This document shows, piece after piece, positions 17,301 to 22,975 of a DNA stretch of 26,898 nt. Position numbers and translations under genes: made by a program. The DNA is from a virus. Lineage: Duplodnaviria; Caudoviricetes. Position 1 is the stretch's first letter, and every line of letters begins with the position of its first letter. Under the pieces are notes generated by a model, which saw only the letters and a program-made list of their open reading frames with translations, was not told the origin of the DNA and ran no database searches. The stretch lies in the IMG/VR virus record IMGVR_UViG_3300008459_000311, positions 1 through 26,898 of that record; one strand, given 5' to 3'.

Positions 17301-19213
17301 CTTGATGTGTCTTGATATGTGTAGATTGGTTCGGGTCTTCCTAAGAACGTATTATCCTGCCATCTTGCTTGGTTGTTTTCACTAATTTTTAAATCGTATG
17401 GTGGAAACCACATTACACGTCCACCGTTAGGACCTCTTTCACAAAATGGTAAATCATTATATGTAAAACCCGGAGTATTTGATGTTCTCCATGCTAAGTT
17501 TTCAATTGAAAACATATATTTTTTAGCATAGAACCCATCACCAGTTGGTGACTCTAAGATATTTGTAGAATTTTTAGCACCAAATGAATTTCTAAAACTA
17601 TTTTTTGCATCATAGTTACCACTTGACATTGGTGCGATGTTTATATTCCATGGTCTGCTTTCACCACCCATTATACTATCATCGAACTTTCTAATATTTG
17701 CAGTTCTTTTCATGGTATCAGAATAGTTCATGTAAGACCTATCTTTTGTCCACACTCTACAATATTCAGCACCCGTTTCTTGGTTAAATTTATCAACAAA
17801 CTTAATTGCAGAACCTCTCGATAACATTGAGTCACCTTCTTTGAATATTCTACTTGTTTGGTCAATTACATTACCTACGTGAGTTCTTGATGATAAACCA
17901 TCTTTTGGCATCGAATCCAACAACTCTTGTGTTTTACCAAGAATTGAGTCTTCTCTAAATCCATATTTTGTTGATATTGAATTATTATATGCGTCTGCTT
18001 CTTGAGTTTGAAATTCTCGATTGTGTAAACCAATCTTATTTTGAGAATTTTTACTTATCCACGTAAGTTTACCACTTATTGGTCCACCTTCGGATATATT
18101 CCTTTGTCTTTCAAATAACGATGCTTGAACAGGGTCAAATAATAAACTTAAATAATAACTACTTTTTACCATGTTGTCATTAAAGTCTGACATGGTATAT
18201 TTTACATCTTCACTTCTATCGTCACCAATATACGCAACACCTTTAGGTGCTTCTAATCCTAAAAGATTTTTAACTTGGCCACCAACATTGTTTACAAAGT
18301 TAAATAACTTAGACGATTGTTGTGACCTAGCACTTGTTGTATAGTTAGGTGCGTATGTTGAATATGTTAGTTGGTCAAATAATATTTGTTTTTGACCTTG
18401 ACCCATATATTCAACAAACAAATCAGAAGGTTTTCTACCTAATTTTGGTCTTCTTTGAATACCAACTAAGGTACCTAAAACACCTGTAACGTCTTGTAAT
18501 ATTGCCCCCGCCTCTGTTTTTGGTGTTGGTCTATTTACAACAGGATTTCTTGGGTTTGTTAAATAATCACCGGGTATTTCACTAAATGGAAATTCAAGAC
18601 CAGCAACTGTTTGTAAAAAATCAACACCTTTACCTAATAAAGTTGCTGAGACGGTGATTTTATAATTTTTTTCAACTATTGGTTCTCTACCTGTTACAAT
18701 ATTGATTGCAGTGGCGGCATTTCCATTGATTGCGTCCGCTAACCTAACTCTTCCTAAAGTTGCGGATTCTAAATTTTGTTGTAGTCTCGCAAAAACAGGT
18801 CCTTGTCTATTTTCTCTTATGTTATTAGTTGCAAATTTCATTAACCTCGAATCATTATCGAAGTTTTGACCCGCCATAATACTAATTAAATTAGTTCTTT
18901 GTGGTTCGAATGAATCAACATAACCAGCTGACAATATACCACCATTTAACCACGCTAACATGGGTAATGATGTGTTTGTGTACTCCTCAATTATGTTATT
19001 AGGAGGTAAGTATAGATTTATAAAATTTTGACCAAAATATACAGGCCAATTAGTTTTAACATCACCAGGGTCAACATTTGAGAAATTACTCAGATTTTGA
19101 ATAGCGTAGTTACCACTATTGAACGTTTGAGGTCCATTAGGTCTATTTAAGGTTTTCGATATTAGAAAGTCCCTAAATGATTTTGTACTATTAAAATCTA
19201 AATATGTTGGCAT
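14387..19213 (-). CDS. Large baseplate / tail-tube-initiator-like protein with OmpA-like insert (1608 aa)
   Basis: Immediately after the tape measure gene. Tube-initiator-like halves WFPPYDLKISE..WQDNTFLGRPEPIYTY..RSGQLSFKV and PPVCVLRVGDFY..VIRDVNISY..PMIATVTLSLNFIG flank YNERLAMRRSHSV. Confidence 0.7.
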   Translation of the reverse strand: MPTYLDFNSTKSFRDFLISKTLNRPNGPQTFNSGNYAIQNLSNFSNVDPGDVKTNWPVYFGQNFINLYLPPNNIIEEYTNTSLPMLAWLNGGILSAGYVDSFEPQRTNLISIMAGQNFDNDSRLMKFATNNIRENRQGPVFARLQQNLESATLGRVRLADAINGNAATAINIVTGREPIVEKNYKITVSATLLGKGVDFLQTVAGLEFPFSEIPGDYLTNPRNPVVNRPTPKTEAGAILQDVTGVLGTLVGIQRRPKLGRKPSDLFVEYMGQGQKQILFDQLTYSTYAPNYTTSARSQQSSKLFNFVNNVGGQVKNLLGLEAPKGVAYIGDDRSEDVKYTMSDFNDNMVKSSYYLSLLFDPVQASLFERQRNISEGGPISGKLTWISKNSQNKIGLHNREFQTQEADAYNNSISTKYGFREDSILGKTQELLDSMPKDGLSSRTHVGNVIDQTSRIFKEGDSMLSRGSAIKFVDKFNQETGAEYCRVWTKDRSYMNYSDTMKRTANIRKFDDSIMGGESRPWNINIAPMSSGNYDAKNSFRNSFGAKNSTNILESPTGDGFYAKKYMFSIENLAWRTSNTPGFTYNDLPFCERGPNGGRVMWFPPYDLKISENNQARWQDNTFLGRPEPIYTYQDTSRSGQLSFKVVVDHPSILNLLVREYFKGMTDEESENYINAFFAGCEELDFYALIRRFAQLDSNDVKLIQSFLNKGADPEVIQQYKITTEYPVVDDPGTSSVNVSEKIGPVNVVLKYENDRPDPNNKKIRTDQNYTKTYESFVTPTNKQTYINSLGNSLITLTGLTQTDPQVVKEKEHIFGSNITITQTDIDAQKTKIGEYFDDAQNNFNTYVTSINNLVNSLTGKTAQDIRVKISSSCSSVATTDYNERLAMRRSHSVIQDIFDRIKKDNTKPDIKWPLDFTPVNKNNGENDKEIIQAGQPIVIIKEYDFKSFGYDYDGKLIIESYNYGEGFTGSEVNPIKECIDKEFVKVPGLKVYSPIAFYCRQTLFEMTYQNTSQKPTPTPTPVPVTRLEPNGQVTASQPIRRPAIDPLKRIIAKTLSECFYFKKLEENDPIVFKSLKEKLKYFHPAFHSTTPEGLNSRLTFLLQSIRPGDTIPIKGISEESDLRARNTSFGPPPVCVLRVGDFYHSKVVIRDVNISYDEGGQMTWDLNPEGIGVQPMIATVTLSLNFIGGQGLSKPVERLQNALSSNFFANTEMYDERSIATNQTIGGKKAEEFTKEFLNDLNKSYANKTGTLQPKNTNKVAEGEYMGELQDGKVLSYTKLIKSVFDTTNDYFEKYKSKYNEIYTKYGKDVTTMLFSNDYRPINQYDVFTSTSPTPGKTLNLFGLHAKTKELTVYSSGLKTALTSFIENSSPTYLVNMLKFDKEIPAGSLLTDTNNKILKTFLITEIVEKKINELTDSNVLSDLEKSRNELIKVLDKSNFVIKNSKDSSLKDSIINSSTMSGFTSDLLYNEYKTCIDYIETNAPKLIEDLGTNITFLNPTIQSSDFDFIISQLLNNSVDSLMSKFTDASLYPESLKKQLRKRVEKFINAPEEKKFKLTKFKSRKSEKEIKFTVATTSEEIDDDIKDEVNKIFSDSNDVTDKLNFYREK

Positions 19214-19219
19214 TTATTA

Positions 19220-19234
19220 TATAAATAGCTATTT
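19220..19234 (-). promoter_or_regulatory. TATTTATA leader motif overlapping palindrome AAATAGCTATTT
   Basis: 6 nt upstream of the ATG at 19213. Confidence 0.4.
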
Positions 19235-19248
19235 TTTAATTTTATATT

Positions 19249-21171
19249 TTAAACAAAAGGTATTCGTACATTGGTGTAATCCCCAATTTCAGGATTCACA
19301 CCAAGTCTAAGTGAATCCATATAAGATGGGCTATTAGTGATACCCCTAAAAACACCATCAGTAACCGTACTATCGGATTTTAATGTTACGGTTTGCTCAA
19401 CAACTACTTTTTTTTGTGATTCTGTATTTGATGTATCTGTTTTTGTTTGTGTTTTATTATCAACGGGAACAGATTCGGGTGATTTCGTTTTATTTGCAGT
19501 TTTTGTTATAAATTCTCTGATTTCTTGACCACCTTCTTTTATAAATGGTGATGCTTTATCTGCACTTTCTTTTACTTTTTTAGCCAAATCTTCAATAGGG
19601 TCTAAACCAAAATCTTTTTTAAGTTGTTGTGCTGCTGAACCAAATTCATTTCTTAATAACGCCGCGATGTAGTTTACATTTCTTGACATGTTTTCTACAT
19701 CGGTTGCTTGTTTTTCGATAATTTGTTCCGGTGTTAAGTCTTTAAACTCGTCTTGGTATTGTTTTAATTTTTGTAATTGTGTTGATGTTAAATTTTCTAA
19801 TGCGATTTCATTTGCACCAAAAACTTTTCTCATTTCATCACCTTGAAGTTGAATGGTCATTTTACCATCTTTCATGGTTGAGATATTTGTTAGGAATCTC
19901 TTAGTATCGTCATCTAAATTTAAACCTGATGCCATCATCGCTGCGGACGCTGATGACCTTTCAGCGGCGGCAATTGCACCTTTGGCTAATTCGTCATATG
20001 AAATACCAAGTTCCTTAGCCATAGCCTTGGCTTTTCTTAAATTAACCCCTGTAATTTCAAATCTACCCTGTTCTTGATTATATGTTGCTAATGAACCAGC
20101 AACACCGATTAATGCATCTTGTAATCCCTCAACATTATTTGTTGCCATATACATTAACTTTAATGGGTCGTTGAAGTCACCTATAGCACCACCAATCGCT
20201 TGTAAATTTGCTGCCATATCAATCGCACCCTCTGGGTCAAATACTTTATCTGCTATTGTGTATACAGATTGCATATTCATCCTAAATTCGGTTGATTTTC
20301 TAACCATTTCAGCTAATCCTTGGACACCGTTTTTAAAACCGAATTCATTAAGTTTACTTAATTCCGTTTTTAAATTAGCGGATATTTTTTGTGACTGTAA
20401 ACCTAATTCAATAGACCTACCTCCAGCAATTTTAATTTCTTCAGCAACATCGGATGCTCCAATACCAATTTTTTCAAATTCAGGGAACATACTAACTAAA
20501 TCATTCAATGTTCCAACATATGCGGTTGCTGCGACACCGGCTTCTTTCCAAGATTCTCTATTCAAAGTTAAAAATCTACCTGAATCTAAAACTAAACTTT
20601 TTTGAGCTTCTGCTAATTCCGCAAAACCTATACCAATCCTAATTAATTCAGGGTTTGTTTGTGTTAATTCCTCTCTTAAATCTTTAGAAAATTGTCCTGT
20701 TAAACCGGCCTCTCTATTAATTTGTCTTAATAAATCACTTTGTGTTTGGAAGTATTGTAGAATACCATCTTTTATTAAACCACCGGTATCTTTTAGAATA
20801 TCTTTTATACCTTTTAAGTTACCTTCGGAATCTAATAAAGAGTTAATCATCTCAGAAACTGGTTTAATTTCTTCAGATGTTCTCATCATATATTCCTTAC
20901 TTTCAAAAGATTTCGCCACATCACCTAAACCACCAATTATTGTTCCCGCTCCTTTTTGAAAAAAATTAGCGGAACCTCCGCCACCTTTTGGATTTGAATC
21001 GGGTGGTGTTGACCTAAAATTTTGCCATGCCGCTCTAATTTTATCTACATCACTTTGATTGTCTTTGCTAAGATTTTCATCTTTGGCGTATTCAACCATA
21101 AATTGTCCCCAATCACCTCTACCTCCATTGGCTTTGGTTGCTAAATCGATTGTTGATTGTTTAACTGCCAT
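19249..21171 (-). CDS. Tail tape measure protein (640 aa)
   Basis: Ala/Gly/Leu/Lys-rich, helical composition; FDPEGAIDMAANLQAIGG and KAMAKELGISYDEL motifs; canonical position after tube and chaperone genes. Confidence 0.75.
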   Translation of the reverse strand: MAVKQSTIDLATKANGGRGDWGQFMVEYAKDENLSKDNQSDVDKIRAAWQNFRSTPPDSNPKGGGGSANFFQKGAGTIIGGLGDVAKSFESKEYMMRTSEEIKPVSEMINSLLDSEGNLKGIKDILKDTGGLIKDGILQYFQTQSDLLRQINREAGLTGQFSKDLREELTQTNPELIRIGIGFAELAEAQKSLVLDSGRFLTLNRESWKEAGVAATAYVGTLNDLVSMFPEFEKIGIGASDVAEEIKIAGGRSIELGLQSQKISANLKTELSKLNEFGFKNGVQGLAEMVRKSTEFRMNMQSVYTIADKVFDPEGAIDMAANLQAIGGAIGDFNDPLKLMYMATNNVEGLQDALIGVAGSLATYNQEQGRFEITGVNLRKAKAMAKELGISYDELAKGAIAAAERSSASAAMMASGLNLDDDTKRFLTNISTMKDGKMTIQLQGDEMRKVFGANEIALENLTSTQLQKLKQYQDEFKDLTPEQIIEKQATDVENMSRNVNYIAALLRNEFGSAAQQLKKDFGLDPIEDLAKKVKESADKASPFIKEGGQEIREFITKTANKTKSPESVPVDNKTQTKTDTSNTESQKKVVVEQTVTLKSDSTVTDGVFRGITNSPSYMDSLRLGVNPEIGDYTNVRIPFV

Positions 21172-21191
21172 TTTCTCTTTTTAGATAAATA

Positions 21192-21342
21192 TTATTGGGT
21201 ACTGTTTTCTAATTCAATTAAGTAACTTACATAATATCTTCTCAGATATATTGGCATAGTTAAAACATCCCCATACGAGAAACCTCTTTTAATTAGAAAT
21301 AAAATTTCGTCTAATTGTCCTTTTCTATATTCCGTAGAAAGG
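21192..21342 (-). CDS. Probable frameshift extension of the tail assembly chaperone (gpT-like segment)
   Basis: Open +1 frame ALSTEYRKGQLDEILFLIKRGFSYGDVLTMPIYLRRYY...; only a TTG inside the upstream gene as a full-length start; fills the gap before the tape measure gene. Confidence 0.65.
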
Positions 21343-22074
21343 GCGAAAAAACTCAACCCCGAATCCAACTTCAACTTGGACTATATCTCCTGACGGGGTT
21401 TTTACTGTTTTTTTAAGGTCTAAACCTGGTGTATTTTCTCTAATATATTTTCGAAAGTCTTGTGAATCCTTAATTGGTAATTTTTGAACAAAATTATGTA
21501 TGTTCATCATATCTCGGTTTCCTGCAACTGATTTAATTACCATCTCAAGTCGTTTGGTTGCGATAGGTGCAACACCATTTCCGTTCCAACTTTTTTCAAT
21601 GTTATCGAGTTCTTTTAATTGTTTCTGTGTTAAAAATTTAAAAGTAATGTCAACATTACTTTTTTCCATGTGATACATATATTCACCGTTAACATCAGGT
21701 TCTAAAGTAAAATCTTTAAATTTTAATTCAGATAAATCAACGTCTGCGGTAAATTCTTCATTTGTTTTTGAGTCGGTTAAATAAAATGTATATTCTGAAC
21801 CAAATGCTGTATTTCTTAAAAATATTAATACCGCTTGTTTATCCTCGTCAACCATTTCTTCAATTGAGAAATCTTTATCAAGGATTTTCCTTTTTAATAA
21901 CTCTTCAGTTACCATGTTATTAGCAATTAAATTTGATGAAGATAAAATATTTTCATCGGCTGCGGTTAAATATGCAACTTTAATTGATTTTTTATTATTT
22001 GGATAATGTATACCCCTTGATGGTAATTCAACAACGTCATATGCGATTGTTGGGTCAACTCTAAATTCTTCCAT
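21325..22074 (-). CDS. Tail assembly chaperone / T4 gp26-like baseplate hub assembly protein
   Basis: VVELPSRG..Y, YLTAADENIL, DKQAVLIFLRNTAFGSEY, PGLDL, ending FFRP; lies between tube and tape measure genes. Confidence 0.75.
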   Translation of the reverse strand: MEEFRVDPTIAYDVVELPSRGIHYPNNKKSIKVAYLTAADENILSSSNLIANNMVTEELLKRKILDKDFSIEEMVDEDKQAVLIFLRNTAFGSEYTFYLTDSKTNEEFTADVDLSELKFKDFTLEPDVNGEYMYHMEKSNVDITFKFLTQKQLKELDNIEKSWNGNGVAPIATKRLEMVIKSVAGNRDMMNIHNFVQKLPIKDSQDFRKYIRENTPGLDLKKTVKTPSGDIVQVEVGFGVEFFRPFYGI

Positions 22075-22116
22075 GTTTATTTTTGTTATAACTAGTTTAA
22101 TTTACAAAACTTCTAT

Positions 22117-22149
22117 AAAAAAGTAAAGGTCTCCTTTTGAGAGACCTTT
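22117..22149 (-). terminator. Intrinsic terminator after the tail tube gene
   Basis: AAAGGTCTC (22125-22133) / GAGACCTTT (22141-22149), followed on the minus strand by ACTTTTTT. Confidence 0.7.
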
Positions 22150-22174
22150 TATATTGACAGATTTGTTTATAATA

Positions 22175-22663
22175 TTAGTAAACTTGAATACATCTATCCA
22201 TTCTTAATGAACATGTGATTGATGCAACATCGTCTCTTGAATAATCAAGTTCGTTGAAATTCAAATCGGTGATAAACGTACCTTGTAGAATCCATTTTTC
22301 AACAACAACCCCCGTTGGGTCTAACATTTCCAATTCAATATCCTTCTTATAACCAGCAGCATAACCCATACGACCTGTTACAGACTCAGCATGTAAACGG
22401 AACCATTCCATTAACGCTTGGGATGCTGAAGGACCGATTGGGTCTTTAAAAGTTACTCTTATTTCATTCCATTCAAATCTACCAGCAACATAAGTTGAGG
22501 TGTTAATGAAAGGAATTGCAACTGAATTTATTTTAGCACTTGGTCTAGCAGCAGATGCCACATACCATTCGTTTATACCCAAAGAAGAAGGAAATCTTAG
22601 GATAAATCGGTTAACTCTTTTCGGTTCGTAAGGAACCGGCATTTTCATCAATAAATCTGCCAT
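22175..22663 (-). CDS. Tail tube protein (T4 gp19-like)
   Basis: EPKRVNRF, YVAGRFEW, DPIGPSASQALMEW, YKKDIELEMLDPTGVVVEKWILQG, LDYS; follows the sheath gene. Confidence 0.9.
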   Translation of the reverse strand: MADLLMKMPVPYEPKRVNRFILRFPSSLGINEWYVASAARPSAKINSVAIPFINTSTYVAGRFEWNEIRVTFKDPIGPSASQALMEWFRLHAESVTGRMGYAAGYKKDIELEMLDPTGVVVEKWILQGTFITDLNFNELDYSRDDVASITCSLRMDRCIQVY

Positions 22664-22703
22664 GTCAATATTTTGTTTTAATTTTTTTTATTTTTATCTT
22701 TCT

Positions 22704-22711
22704 TATAAATA
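22704..22711 (-). promoter_or_regulatory. TATTTATA leader motif upstream of the tail tube gene
   Basis: Minus strand CATATTTATAAG, 40 nt before the ATG. Confidence 0.45.
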
Positions 22712-22750
22712 TGTTGTATCCGAAAAAATGAAAAAATTCTTGACCAACCC

Positions 22751-22779
22751 TTGATTATGTCAATTTTTTTTCGTATTTT
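22751..22779 (+). promoter_or_regulatory. Candidate antisense promoter firing into the ACTAG array
   Basis: TTGATT (22751-22756)-N17-TATTTT (22774-22779) on the plus strand. Confidence 0.3.
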
Positions 22780-22785
22780 TTCCAT

Positions 22786-22890
22786 ACTAGTATACTAGGC
22801 CACATATTAAGAACTAGATTAACTAGTCTAGATAAACTAGAATAATTAAAACTAGAAATACTGGTACTAGAATACTGGTGCATATACTGG
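22786..22890. repeat. Cluster of 11 ACTAG/ACTGG-type pentamers in non-coding DNA
   Basis: ACTAG at 22786, 22794, 22813, 22822, 22836, 22851, 22866; TCTAG at 22827; ACTGG at 22860, 22874, 22886. Confidence 0.85.
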
Positions 22891-22924
22891 GTAATTTATA
22901 ATTTTATTTTTTTTATATTTTTAT

Positions 22925-22940
22925 TGTTCCACACGAAACA
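22925..22940. promoter_or_regulatory. parS-like 16-bp imperfect palindrome
   Basis: TGTTCCACACGAAACA versus chromosomal parS consensus TGTTNCACGTGAAACA: 14/16, both mismatches near the centre. Confidence 0.5.
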
Positions 22941-22975
22941 TATAAAAGGGAAGGGATAAACCCCTCCCTTTTTTT
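22941..22975 (-). terminator. Intrinsic, possibly bidirectional, terminator after the sheath gene
   Basis: AAAAGGGAAGGG-ATAAA-CCCCTCCCTTTT; fully paired on the minus-strand RNA with one G-U; A/T runs on both sides. Confidence 0.75.

Noticed and set aside
21325-21327. TAG stop-codon reassignment (code 15)
   Set aside because: All long ORFs are open under code 11, and readthrough of this TAG reaches TAA within about 12 codons; a frameshift explains the locus better.
22786-22890. CRISPR array or simple tandem repeat interpretation of the ACTAG cluster
   Set aside because: Units are only 5 bp with irregular short spacing; no 23-47 bp repeats and no cas genes.
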